Of a stretch of 64,000 bases of DNA, positions 49,401-62,508 are shown one piece after another. Position 1 is the first letter of the stretch, and the number at the start of each line of letters is the position of its first letter. The notes below the pieces were generated by a model that was given only the letters and a program-made list of their open reading frames with translations, searched no databases and was not told where the DNA came from. Source of the stretch: Aplysia californica. Its lineage: Eukaryota. The stretch lies in contig NW_004797368.1 of the NCBI RefSeq assembly GCF_000002075.1, forward strand, positions 663,428-727,427. Reading direction: 5' to 3'. Both the position numbers and the translations under genes were made by a program.

Positions 49401-52400
49401 GCTGAGCTTTCCTGGGCATGCTTTCTTACTCAACAAGTCCTCACCACTAGAATAGACTGTTTGAAATTAAGACTACACTCTAAACAAGTCAGATGGGAAA
49501 CTAGAGTGACTTGTTCACCTGGTAGCCTACTCTATGGTAATATTTACACTGCCATGAATTGCGAGCCTGTAGTCTTCATTTTTTGTCCAATCATATAAAA
49601 TGCAAATGGCTAAATAGTCTGTCTTTATTGATAAGCAGTTAGCTCACTTTACTTACATGAATAGAGGACCGAGGTTCAGCGGAAATTGGGATATATACAC
49701 GTAAGATTATCACTTCTCCATCTTGCAGCCTTAGCATGCAGAGTCCCCTAAGAAAATACACTTCTTGATCCTACATCATTTGCTTGCAGGTTGATCCTGA
49801 TNNNNNNNNNNNNNNNNNNNNNNNNNNNNNNNNNNNNNNNNNNNNNNNNNNNNNNNNNNNNNNNNNNNNNNNNNNNNNNNNNNNNNNNNNNNNNNNNNNN
49901 NNNNNNNNNNNNNNNNNNNNNNNNNNNNNNNNNNNNNNNNNNNNNNNNNNNNNNNNNNNNNNNNNNNNNNNNNNNNNNNNNNNNNNNNNNNNNNNNNNNN
50001 NNNNNNNNNNNNNNNNNNNNNNNNNNNNNNNNNNNNNNNNNNNNNNNNNNNNNNNNNNNNNNNNNNNNNNNNNNNNNNNNNNNNNNNNNNNATATATCTG
50101 ACCAGAGAAAGCTGGGGCTTGAGCCTACATGTTTGGATGGGAATTGGGTAATTGAACAGGCAGATAAAGTGGATTTACTGAGAGTGTGATATACATACTC
50201 AACACCCACTGGATAAGTGAGTAGTGAGCTGAGAACTTTTCTCCTCCTTTCTCAAAGATTGCTTGTCAGTTTGAAGACGTTATTCGATCTCTATTTATAT
50301 TTTGTGACTTTTGCAGGTGATAGAAGAGAAAGACCAAGTGATAGAAAAGAATCTACAGGTGATAGAAAAGAAAGACCAGGTGATAGAAAAGAATCTACAG
50401 GTGATAGAAAAGAAAGACGAAGCACTCCACAGCAAAGACCTACAACTGTCCATGCTGAGACAAGAGCTAGAGGAAATACGTGAACGACTCAGACCTCAGT
50501 CAGCTCCCTTGGACAGACTGGACACTGATGCTGAAGGTCAGTTTGTGGACACATTGCTCTCTCTCCTGTGGATTTCCTATCTTTATAAATTTGTTCTGTG
50601 TGCGTTTGCTGCCATGAGAACTGAGAATGGTATAATATATTAAAAATGTTAGTGCCTCCTTTAGTTCAGTGAGAGTGAAAGCCTATCCGATGCAGTATAA
50701 ATAGCAACAGCAATAGCTCTGCAAGGCTATTTAAGAGGTGGGACCTCCAATATTTACATTTATCTGGATCTTTGACAATCCAAAGCCAAGCAGATGGAGA
50801 GCCTTGAAGACTGTTGTTACAACCTACGCTTAATAATGCCTCACTAAGCGGAATCAGCTACCCTGTTGTTCAACATGTCACGAACTGCGTTAGAGATCCC
50901 CCCCCCGCCCCCCCTCCAGGGCAGTGCTATTGACTGAAGTTGCCTTCAGGCCATTCCCAAAGGGGGGATATTAACATGTTCTTATGCACAGTAGAATTGT
51001 AAATAGGCTGATTTATCAACGTCATGTTCATACTGTGCTGGACAATATGGGGGGGAACTGCTGCTTTTTCTTTCCTCATCCTTACTATCGTCATTTTTCC
51101 TCCATATCTTTTGTATGTTTGTCACTATCTTGTGAACTGCTATTTCCGGGGTGCCTTGGTAGTCGAAGCAGACTTTTTGCTGTTGAGGCTAGAGAGGTTA
51201 GCAGAGAAAGCCTTATTCCCCGTTTGGACTTCTCTGTTGACATCCACCCCTTCGCACTCATATGACCTTATGCAGTTGCGAGCGCCGTAAAACCTTACTA
51301 AAACTAAAAAACTAAAGAGATGTGCCCATCTGTAACAGGCATAGCTGTTTGTAGATTCTGTGGTGATAATATCAGTATTGATCTGAGTTTATGCATGATC
51401 TGTCTTTTTTTGAAAATGGTAAAGGTAGGTTGTCGGAGGCCCGACACTGGTAGGTTCTACAGACCTGCCACTCATTTCGATTTAATCAAGATATCCCGAT
51501 TTTTTTAACCTCAAATCTCAAGCATCCCGATTTTCCCGATTTCGATCGCGTGTATTTCAATTTTTTGTACCGTCTGTTGTACCAGATTTTTCTAAAAACT
51601 TACTCTGCCTTCTTCTCTGTCGCGGGGAGCACCCATTAAACTTTTTGTCAGCAGGAACTCGGGACACTATTTACGGAAGTATCGATGCCATATTTTGTAG
51701 TCGACTGGCCCCAAGTTGTGTTGGATCATACTTGCACATGTTATTTCAACTATACCTAATGGAAGTAGTATCGATTTGGCATTCTGGCTTGGGACATTCT
51801 CAATATCTACTTTCGCTTTCGTTTCCACCCAGAATTCTCTGATGATGGCCTGATAGCAGTTTCAATTGCAACATACAATAATCAATACCATTCATAGTTC
51901 TACTGTTACTTTCAAACCTTGCTTTGTACAAGTTCTGGTTAGTCGGGCCGGTCATCAAGACCCATCAGTATATCTGTTGCAGTCACATCACATGACTTGA
52001 GCGTGCGAGTTTCGCATGTGTTGGGGACAGTTCATCGACAATGTCAACTTAAGTTCATGCACACTGGGGGAAGCATAGCATCTTTCCAGACTTGCCGCAC
52101 TCTGACTAGGACTAGGAGTCCTTTACGTGATACTTCAGGATTTTAAAAAAAATTATAAAACACACATACACACACACACGCACGTACACACACACACACA
52201 CACATTGCACATGCATGGATATATTTATAGACAACCCTGGACAATTTTGGCAGCCGCCTTAGTGATTTGTCGTTGGTCCTGATTTTTTTCACCAAATCCC
52301 GATTTTTTCCCTCCTGAGATCCTGATTTTTAGATTTCATACTGTGGCAAGTCTGGTTCTACTCCTTTTCTTCCCCTCTGTTGTTTCTGTCTGTCTTTCCC

Positions 52401-52715
52401 TGCATTAAATGACCGTTAATAAGTCGATGTGCGTCTCATTACTTAAACTCAAAAGAAGTAAACTGTATCTTATTATGATCGCTCTTATCCCCAGACCAAT
52501 CTGGTGACCCCGATGTGAGAGAAAGTCAGAACACCAGTCGCAACGAGGATGTAAATCTGGTGACTTGCCAGATGTGTCTTGACGCACCCATGCAGGTCTT
52601 GCTGCGTCCGTGTAACCATCTGTGCTGCTGTGCTCTGTGTGTTTCCAAACTGGACGGACGATGCCCCATTTGTCGACAAATTACCACAGACATGGAGAAA
52701 GTCTATGTGTCTTGA
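36435..52715 (+). CDS. IAP/BIRC-like gene copy B, apparently intact; exons 36435-37374, 39906-40066, 40578-40614, [41827-42009, 43285-43562] or [45884-46069, 47273-47550], 50317-50536, 52495-52715
   Basis: All junctions are AG/GT and in phase when one exon 4 and one exon 5 are used; 3 BIR, UBA-like, coiled coil, RING CQMC..PCNH..C..C..CPICR. Confidence 0.9.
39906..40066 (+). CDS. IAP copy B exon 2: second half of BIR3
   Basis: cctcag acceptor and gtgagt donor; 161 nt. Confidence 0.92.
40578..40614 (+). CDS. IAP copy B 37-nt micro-exon 3 (LVVGIKQDSQAQ)
   Basis: tgcag acceptor and gtagag donor; homolog at 21072-21108; bridges phase 0 to phase 1. Confidence 0.8.
41009..41490 (+). mobile_element. 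tRNA-derived SINE, family 2
   Basis: GTGGCCTAGAGATTAAGG...GGTTCGAATCC; homolog of 15050-15560. Confidence 0.8.
41827..42009 (+). CDS. IAP copy B exon 4a
   Basis: atcag acceptor and gtgagt donor; homolog of 22196-22402. Confidence 0.85.
42258..42590. repeat. Complex (CAT)n microsatellite; second copy at 46317-46465
   Basis: Direct. Confidence 0.95.
43285..43562 (+). CDS. IAP copy B exon 5a
   Basis: tccag acceptor and gtgagc donor; 278 nt. Confidence 0.85.
45884..46069 (+). CDS. IAP copy B exon 4b (duplicate)
   Basis: atcag acceptor and gtgagt donor; 186 nt, open frame. Confidence 0.75.
47273..47550 (+). CDS. IAP copy B exon 5b (duplicate)
   Basis: tacag acceptor and gtgagc donor; 278 nt, open frame. 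Confidence 0.75.
50317..50536 (+). CDS. IAP copy B exon 6: VIEK(K/N)(D/L)Q heptads
   Basis: ttgcag acceptor and gtcagt donor; 220 nt. Confidence 0.88.
50898..51315 (+). mobile_element. Dispersed retroposon, family 3
   Basis: Homolog of 21190-21600. Confidence 0.75.
51461..52353. mobile_element. Non-autonomous DNA transposon with 11-bp TIRs and an 8-bp TSD GGTTCTAC
   Basis: GGTTCTAC-AGACCTGCCAC ... GTGGCAAGTCT-GGTTCTAC; subterminal ATCCCGATTTT repeats near both ends. Confidence 0.85.
52495..52715 (+). CDS. IAP copy B exon 7: RING finger and stop
   Basis: ccccag acceptor; ends KVYVS*. Confidence 0.92.
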
Positions 52716-55700
52716 ATTAGGACATGTTCATATTCATTCTATCACTTTAGTTTAAGGTATTATACATATTTACTGGTACGAACTGTATCATGGAAGTCTG
52801 TACATTTTATTGTTGCAACATGGCTTAATAGATAGAGCTACCTCCAGCAAGTTATTATGTTTGGAATTGAGTAAAAATAAGTCATTCTCAAATAATTTGA
52901 TCCTGTGTGACGGTAAAGATGTGACTGACCTGAGAGCATGAGTCATAATTTCATTGTGTTCTGTAGTTCATGTTATTTGCATAGCCCTCTTAGGTAGTAT
53001 GTGAAATGTAGTTTTTTTCACATGATTGAGTAATGATGCAATGATGTACATACATTTGGTTGTCAGTGGCTGTCAAAGTCCACATGTTGTAGCATAGCTG
53101 CAAATTGTTCATTCTTACACAACAGTAAAATATTCAGGACAGGATATAACTATACATTACGTATTCCATTTAATGGTTTGGGGCTATTGAGTACTGTTTG
53201 TGGGGCAATTTTTTTTTTGGAAACCACATTTAGACTGTCCTGATTGGAATAAAGCGATATCACCTGAAAGCAATATAAGCCTTGCTCTACCAAGGGTGGT
53301 TTGTGTACTTTACTATTTTATCTCCTCTCTATTCCTCGTTGCCATTTCAATGTTTATTACTGTCATGTCATAGGCCCTACTGTCCTATATCTGATCCATT
53401 GTGGTTACTGTCTTGATTGGGAGCCCTGTTAACTGTCATGATTTATGAGATAAATACATTTTCTTAGCTGAAGACATATTGTGAATAACTGACTGTATGT
53501 CCCAGTTTACAATTAAATTATGTCATCTAAGGTGCAGCTATGATGTCTTTGGTCATGAGTGAAGTCTTAAAGTCACATTTCATTCTAGCTTCGTGAAACT
53601 TGAGTCAAATTGGGAGTATGTAAAAGTTATATATAACAGTGTTACACTGCTGGAAATTGAACTGTGTTCTTAATTAACATAATGAAATTTACATGATAAC
53701 ATTATTATATATACACACATTTCTTAGTTCAATGTAACTAGCTTGCACAGTGAAGGTTTTATTTTTCTGCGTGTATGTTTACTGCTATCATTTTTTATAA
53801 AGCATATTATTCACTTTGTTTTGTATGTTATCAATGTTCAAATTATGAATACATGCTTAGAAGATTTACAATGTTTAGCTTTTAACTAGATAGTAATACA
53901 CTGACACGCTATTGTATTAACCATTTTATCTCCAAATGACATAAATATCTTAGAATTTTTATGGCAATTAAGTTTAGGACATATATACATTTTCACCAAA
54001 ATTGGGGACTTGGCTAGATACACAGCAGTTAGACATGCCTATTTTTTTTACTATTGTTCAAAACAGCTACAGATGATTGATAAGAAAATAAAAATTTTAA
54101 CGGATTTAATCGATTTTATTCCAAAGTTGACTTTTAAAAGGAAAGGGATGTACTCATTTTTTTAAAGACTCTAACTTTTTATAGATGTAAATCATGTGGA
54201 TTTTAGTTGTGCAGTGAATCGCAGCGGTCCATAGTGACAAATCTTTACTCCTCATTCTATTGTGAATGAGCTAATAAGTTTTAAGGACTGTATCAAGGAT
54301 GTTTTGCTTACAGGTCTGCATAGTTTTGACAATGTACAGAATATTTGCATGGGCTCCTTAGAAATTTCAAAGGTATTGAAAACAATTTTTTGAGGCTTAA
54401 GATTCTTGGCCTACTTGATTTCTAGTCTGTATGGGAAAACTATGAAAGTTGTAGTGAACAGATCAAATGAAATTCATGAACTAAAAATCTGATCAACGTA
54501 ATCTTATTCCTTTTATTATTAAAATGTATAGCTCTTTTACTTTTTCCCTTAGGATTTTAAGATCACACTTTCTAGCTTATGATTTTTATTGTAGCAGTTT
54601 ATGCAACTATGCAGTCCATTCTGATGCAGTGTGACAGTCATTACAAGAATTGATATTATTTATTCAGACATTTTTTAAATTCTAAACAAAAAACATAATA
54701 ATTATCATTCTAACACAAACATGTGTGCACTGAAAGTGAATAATCTTTTTGCAGCTGAAAACATCAAATTTTTAAGGTTTTTTTTCCTATCTGTTCCTGG
54801 TAATTGATGTTAAGCTTCATTAGCAACTTTGTAGGTGAATCATACATTTGTTGAACATTTTTTAAAAGCAGCACCTACTTTTCTTGTATGTTATGGTATT
54901 CCAATATTTATGTTCTTGCCCAAAATTTTTCTTCATGTACACTGGTTTTCATGAATATATAGTGTCTTTCCTGTGATCATTGAGTGTTTTACTTTGCACT
55001 TTTGAAGGTCAGCTGTGAGCTTTGCCATCCGGAATTCATTTGTATAAAAATTATCCCATAGCTATATACTGGTACATGTAAAATTCCTTGCTATTTTACG
55101 TCTCACAACAATATTGTACTAATCTGATCTTCATCTGCTTTTTAAAATTATTTTATGTTTTTTAAATTTTCAAAAATGTAAAAAATAATGTTTGGACAGA
55201 AGAACTCTCTAATACTTGAAGCTTGGTCTGTGCTGTTGCTGAGTAACTGATAGCTCTTTCTTTCTAGTACAGTGGTATGGTATACATGAAACATTTTCAG
55301 TCTCAATAAACTACAGTCAAATCTCAATACCACCCTCAACAACCTGCCAGAGGTACACGCAGTCCACAGCACCCACTCTGATAATCTCTCGTTCTTGTCC
55401 TATGCAGGAAACCTGAAAGCCATCACAACATGGTTTAGACGAAGGGAAATAACTCATCATAATATTGTCTTTCATCTGGTGATGACAGGATAAATTTCCT
55501 TGACATGGGGAAGTGGATGCTATTTTATCAGAGGACAGCAGTAAAACACTGTTATACTACCAGTCCTGCTATACCTCCTACTTCATGCCCGTCCCAGGGT
55601 TTGTGGTATAATGGGGTTTGATTGTAGTTTAAAAATCTTTCAGTATTTTATGTTTTGATATCTGTGATTTTTTTTAAAATGTCACTTGTGGTCTCTGTGT

Positions 55701-58700
55701 TAATGAGTGGCAGCTGTTCATGAATCTGTGTGTGTTTTCTAGGTGGTGTACACTATGATTACTGACTAGCTTTTCACATAGACGTGTTTTTCTGTTTTGT
55801 GCTGGTATGAGAATTGTTTTGTTTGACTTACATACACATAGTGCTTGCTTTCATTTTTTTTATTCAAGGAGGTAAGTATGGTCGTATGAAGCACCACTGA
55901 TATGTGTCAATATTTCCATTCTAATTTTCGAGTCTTCGAGATCATGTCTGATTTCTTGTGATCACCTGGGCATGTTGTATATCACAATTACCTGTTATAT
56001 ATCACAACCTATAGGAATCAACATACTTCACTTAAGAATAAGTAAAATTTGTTAACAGTCTTTGGTTTTATTATTAGCTTTGTTTAAATTTTTTTATGGC
56101 CTTTTTGTTTTTCACCACATTTCTCTTGTGCTGCTAGTTCTAGTTCATGTGTTAGTTCTTTTATCTTGTGGTTACAAAGCTAATAGCAATAATTGTCATT
56201 GTTGTTTCTTTTTTACAGTTGTTGGTGGTATTTTTGCAGATGTCACTATTTTTTCATTTTTCTTAAAAAACCTTTTCTGTTCAACTCGGAGTGCCAGTCT
56301 TCAACATCACCAAAACGGGCTGATAAAAAATGTTCCGCTAAAGTTCTTCCATGCCGCTTCAATGGTGTAGGATTTACAGTGATAAAAATGGATCTCTGAC
56401 ATTAACCTGTAGCTTAGTTTTCGTTTTTACTGAGGAAAGTGTGTTAGAGTTAGCATCAGCTGTCAAAATTTACTTTTTTTTCCCCCAAAGTGCGAAAGAA
56501 TGCGAACACATTGTGGCTTTTAAGTGCACAGAAAGTTGGAGCATTATGGCCATTGTTGGTGAAGAATGTGAACATTAAAGGGTTACATGACAATTTCTTT
56601 TGTTTCCAAGAGAAGTTTGATGAAAAAGTATTGTACATCATATACCCATTTCTTCATTTAATTCCTGTCTTTTCTTCTGACGTTAATTTTATATTATATT
56701 TTCCTCTGTGTTGCAGTAGAGGTTTCTTTTTTTCATTTTGTGTTACTTTCTCCCTCAGGATCAACTTTTCTCCCTTTTTACTTTCCCACATCTCTCCTAA
56801 TTTAGTTATTTTCTCTCAACGCCACTCTTTTTCATAGTATTTTTTTCTAATTGTATGTTCCCACTGTGTATAGTGCTTTGTGTCAACATGTGATACTTTC
56901 ACTCAGTACGTTTACTGTCTTAATCTTTCTTTCACTGTGGGCTTTTTCCCCTCCCAATAATTTGTTTACCGGTCCGCAAATTTAATTTCCACACTTCTGA
57001 CTTTTGTTTCATCTCTCCACTTTCTGCTGTTATTGTTATTATCCTCCTGAAGTTTGTAAATACCATGTACAAAACATTTGTGAATATAATATGTCCGTTG
57101 TACATAATATTATTAATTTAATGGAAATGTGCAAAATTTCATAATAATAAATCATGATGATGTAGTTTGACTCTCTGACTGGGATGTTGGTTTACATTTC
57201 ATATAATCCTGGTTAGTCATCACTTTTCTTGAATTACAGTTATTGAAATACAACTGTTGCACACTACTGTTTTGTTGACGTTGCAAATGCACTCTCTTGC
57301 AGCTTCTTCCCTTGTCTATTATTCAATCTTAATGTTGTATGTAATAGGCCAGAGCATATTTAAGGCAGCCATAATGAACACATGTAATGGCAGATACTTC
57401 AATCTGGTTTGCTTCTCTTTTACTATTCATTTTTCTTTTGTGTATGGAGAGACATGAATGAAAAGATAGAAAAGAGAAATTGATGTTTTGACCTGCAACA
57501 ACCACCCTTAATTTTATTAGGAATTGAGTTTTATTTATTCCTTAATAGTAATAGTCAACATGAACACCTGAATTTAGCCTTCAAATCTAAATTGGGTACC
57601 ATTTTTCTTGTTCTTCAAAGAATATTTTTTTCTTTTACACTTCCCAGGATTCCCCAAAAGCTTGCCTCCAACTTCTAAATGGCGGAAACAAATGCTTAGT
57701 CATTACTTTAAAAATTTGGTTTGCGAATAGTTCTGAAAAACAAGCAAAAACTAGCTCTAAATAAAACGAAAATGTTATCACTAGTATCAAACGCTCCCTT
57801 GGGGAACAGGGTTATTGCCACCGGACTTTCCAGCGTCGGATGGGGTTTAAAGAGTTAAAAGCAATTTCATGTCTTTACAGGCTTCTGCTCTATGGGTATT
57901 TTACTTCAGATTGCTCCAATATTGCTCTTTTAATATGTGAATTTTTACATTTTAAAAAAATGACATTGGAGTGTTTTGTAATTTAAATTTTGACCCAATT
58001 TGTAGAAGTTATGAAATTATCTTGTGAAACTATATGAATTCAAAGTAGGTTTAAGAGTTTGTGATGAAGACTATTTTCAAATGATTTTATAAAAAACATT
58101 TTCTTGAAAAGTAAATTTTACCCTGAGGGAAGCGATACTTGTTCAGTAAACTTTCACATGTTGTAAAGATGTACAGATGGCTGACTGGTCTCAGCCAAAA
58201 TTTCTTTTTCTGAGGGATGTTAAAGCACTCTTATTTTACTTTGAACACCTAAGTTTAGTTGTTTTATAATGGTCACATTATTCTGGCAACAAATTGTTCA
58301 TCAAGTGGTCACACTGTGGAATATTTGTCTACCACGTGTCAGTGATATCCCAGTGATAGGCAGCTGGTCATTCTTACACAAACTGACCCTCACTTGAAGG
58401 TTTTGATCTTAAGCTAGTGGATCTCTTTTCTTTAGTATGAACGAGGCAGCGAAGTTTTATGCATATTTTTTTTATTACCTTCTCTGAACAACTGAATTAT
58501 TTACCAAATGTTTTTTGGTGGCATAAAGGAAGGCAGCTTTTTTTTCTACCTTTACTTGTGCACTTTATTGTCCTTTATTCTTTGATTTTCTTGTTGAACA
58601 AAGCAGTTGAGTCTGTGTTGACATATTTGTCAGATACCCAGAATGGACTAATGGATATAAATAGTCTACTACTACCCCACCAGCAAGAGATGCAGCTTCT

Positions 58701-60078
58701 CCACTCACACACCACAATCTCTCTGGCTAAAGAATTCTGCCTTTTGATTTTATCTGTACTTACTATTGTTAAATACTGTTGTCCTCTGTCTTTTTTTTTT
58801 TTTATGCCGACCTGTTGATCAAAGGTGTAACATATGAAATCGCTTCATTTAGTTGTGTCAGGGAGAACAAAACCAAAACAATACCTTTGTCAGAATTCTT
58901 TTTTTTTCCCCCTCTGGAAATCTCTCTCTGTCAGCTTTTTATCTGAGTTTTTTATCCTTGTGATTTCATGCGGTAAGACATGCTGTTATGTTGTACCTGA
59001 AGCTCCCTTACTTTTTACATGCTCTGGATTCCTTTGGTTGAACTAAAAAAAGAATACATTTTTGTTGCATCTGTTTATTTGAAGAGGTCTCATTGATAAC
59101 CAACTAAACCTTATGAATTAGAAAAAGGAAGATTTCTCCAGTTTTGATGCTTGGGCCACTCAGGCTCTAAAGTTGGCAGTTTAGCTAAGTCTTGTTACCT
59201 TGAGTCAAGATACTTGCTTCTTGTGCCACGGTACAAACATCTGTAATGCTTGGTTTGATCCTGTTGTCATGAGGACGTAGTTTGTGGGTGAGTTTAGGTT
59301 TTCACAGGGTTTTTCTGTCCATGCGCCATTCTAAGTTAAGTGGCGTTGAGTACAATATAATGTTGGAAAACTTGGAAGTCCTGTGCTTGTTGAGGATCAG
59401 TTAAAGCACCTCCGAATATGTCACTTGTTGCCTGAAAGGTAAGGGACAGGATTGGACACTCTGTTAACGAAAGAATAGGAAAACAGAAAAAAAGGATATT
59501 CATTATATGATCGATGAAGATATGTTCAGCATTTCACCATCCTTTCAAAGTAATATCAGTACAAAGTCCTGTTTAAGTTTAGCAACCTGATGTGTTCTTT
59601 TGTTACGTGTATATGTTGTCTTGTTTAGTGTTCTGTTGCTGTAATTCTTTATGCCCTGTTTATAGATAGCAGACTGACTTTTTGACAACGTATACAATAA
59701 TAAAAATATGTATATAATCCGAAGCATGAATTTTTTCCTCATTCATTTTGAATGTTTAGTCAAATCAATATGGGATGAGATGAGTAGAAGAGTACGGTGT
59801 GCTGTTAGACGGTTTTCCAAGTTAATTTTCCTTAGATGTTATGATTGAGGAGAAAAAGTGGTTTGTTTAATATCAATTGCCCTTTCTAGTTGACTAAAGT
59901 AAAATGTTCAAAGTAGGATATTAAATTTATCCCGTGGGTTAAGTGGCTGGAAAATATGGACCCAACTTCAATTTGGACTCAAGAAGTTGCTGCACTTCAA
60001 ACTGAAGCCTCCAATAAATATAAGAATAAGAATAAAAAGTGAACTGAGCGAATATGGAACCAACTATATATATATATA

Positions 60079-60882
60079 GTCAAGTCAAACCTGCCCTGAC
60101 GGCCACCTCTATAAGATGGCCACCTGTACAAACGGCCACTTTCCATTTCCCCCCTTGCGTTTTTTCTATATAATTTAACTGTTTAAAACGGGCACCTGTC
60201 TAACGCGGCCCTGGCCACCATATTTTAACACATAACCCCTATCACTCTAATCAATAACACCTGTCTTAGACGGCCACCTTAGTGACTCCATTACGTTTTT
60301 TCATAAATTGTGCATTGACCCCTGGCGTTGTGGGCGAGCCGTCATAATTCAATCACCTGTTGTTATTGTTAAGTTGTCCCTCCAACCAATCATGTTGTGT
60401 TGGCCCCTCCCACTGTTGACCAATAGCTATCAATTTTCAACTGCTAGTGAGGTTAGCGTGTTATCCCTCATTACCCATAAGCCCCACCCAGAACTCATAC
60501 ACAAATCGTAAGTGAGATGAGTGGTGACTGTTTACCCAGTCTGTAACAAAGTAGCAATGGACGTCAACATGAACTTGTGACAGAAGCGTCCCTCCTTCTC
60601 CGAGTAGTGGCGACCCATGTGTTTGTTTTAACATGGCACTCAGTCTTCCTCGTCTGATACATTTCGTTTTATTGTCACCCTTGTGCAAAATCAGCATCAA
60701 AATAAAAATAACAAACAAAATAAAAACACACCACCACCAACAACAACAACAAAAACAACAATGCGGCTACTTTCAATTGGGACCTCAGATGGGAATAGCT
60801 TGTCTTCTTCATCTTGATCAGTCCTGCGTAAGACGGCCACCTGTCTTACACGGCCACTTTTGTCCTTACACAGGTTTGACTG
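60079..60882 (+). mobile_element. MITE with AGTCAAACCTG / CAGGTTTGACTG TIRs, TA flanks and GGCCACC subterminal repeats
   Basis: Visible TIRs; second copy at 17375-18182. Confidence 0.85.
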
Positions 60883-61341
60883 TATAATATTATATACTGC
60901 ATCGATTGTTGTAGAAGGGTAAGATCTCAAGATGGTCCAGCTCAGAATTAGATTAAGATATGAAGCAGTAAGAACGATGAAATGGTAAAAATATCAGGAA
61001 ATAAAAAGAATTGTTCTGAAAGTGCAGAGGGCAGAAAATGAAACACTTAATTATACTAATCAACATTAAATTATTATACTCTGATTTGAAACATGAATTC
61101 AATTACATTAGTATTATTAGTATTAGTGCTACCTCAACGGAGTATAAGAATGATATGATATATATGTTAGAAGGTAAGTTAGTGAAATTGTTTAGAAAGA
61201 GTAAGGGGTGAAAGAAGAGCAGAAGTAATAGCTCTAGAATTGATGTACGTGAAGATGTGAAACAAAGTTGGCGACGAACAGAACATTCCCTCACGTCCAT
61301 CAAATTCTAGGGTCCACCCTATCACTACCAGCCCACCAGCC

Positions 61342-61583
61342 CATCAGCTGGTTCCAACATAACGGGAATTGCCCTTAGCTAATTTTAGTATCAAGGGAGG
61401 TAAGTCGCGCGAACGCATCCGTATTTCCGGGGCTTGCTGCTATCACTCTGGAAATTATAAACAATCGACTGAATACTACAAAAATACAAAAATATTCTGC
61501 TAAATTCAGGAGGAGTCTGTATTTATTCTTAATGAATGGAAACTTGGTTCGTTTAATGTGTTACAACTGAAAGCCAACGCAAT
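61342..61583 (+). promoter_or_regulatory. Conserved upstream module of IAP copy C (uORF 61532-61570)
   Basis: CAGCTG, GGGAATTGCC 61364, CGCGCGAA, ATTTCCGG 61423, ATAAACAA. Confidence 0.65.
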
Positions 61584-62508
61584 ATGGCATCGGCATCTTT
61601 CATGGAAAGACTCCGCACCTTTCATTCTCCTCTCCCGCAAAACTTTGTGAGTTTGCTCTCCAACACTCCAATAAAATTTGCTGAAGCCGGCTGGGAACGC
61701 GCAGACAATATTCCAAATGCTTCAGATGAGTTGGTATGTCGTTCTTGCAGTGTCAGACACAGTGGATGGTCAGGAGAACCCCCCCTTGCTGTCCACAGAA
61801 CTAGAAGCCCAAACTGTCCATTTCTGAACACACCACCCACTGTTCCGCTTCATTTTGTTGCTACTTCTTCATCATCAGAGGTCAATGTAGAAGATGTGCA
61901 GGAACCAGAAACAATATTTTCCATTTGCAGCTCATGTGATGCTAACAATGAAGAAACTCTAAAAAGAAAATTGTTTCCCAATAGATTAAATAATAATCAC
62001 AGTTTTGCCAAATATGGCAGACGTCAAGCTATTGTACACCCTTTCAAACCTCTGGCTGGTGACTATCCCATGTTGTTTGAAAGTCTTCGGCGAACAACTT
62101 ATGATATACCAAGCTCAACTGAGGCAGCAAAATGGTCAAAGGAGGGCTTTATTATGATCTCTAGCTTGTGCGCAAAGTGTGTGTTTTGTGGACTCCAGAT
62201 AGAATTTAACGTGTGTATTGACATTGGAGATGTGCACAAGGAAAAGTCACCTGAGTGTCCTTTTGTGTGCCACTTTGATGTGGGAAATATTACAAGTGAA
62301 GAACAAAGGAGTATTCTGGAGAAAGAACGTTCGAAGCATTTTGCAGACATGAATGAGGGGAATTCTTCTGTTGTAAAACAGTACAGTATCATGTATCCGG
62401 AGTTCGAAAGTCCAACAGACAGATCTGGTACCTTTGATTTGTGGCCAAAGATCCTGAAAACAATGTTTTCTCTGGATGTTATGGTTGATGCAGGTTTCTA
62501 TTGCACAG
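61584..62508 (+). CDS. IAP/BIRC-like gene copy C exon 1: BIR1, BIR2 and half of BIR3 (gene continues past the window)
   Basis: Paralog of A and B; DAGFYCTG|gtaggc. Confidence 0.92.

Noticed and set aside
45884-52715. A separate fourth IAP gene starting at exon 4b
   Set aside because: No BIR exon or upstream module is visible before it, and no RING exon follows 5a. The gaps as sized are too small to hold them, although gap sizes are estimates.
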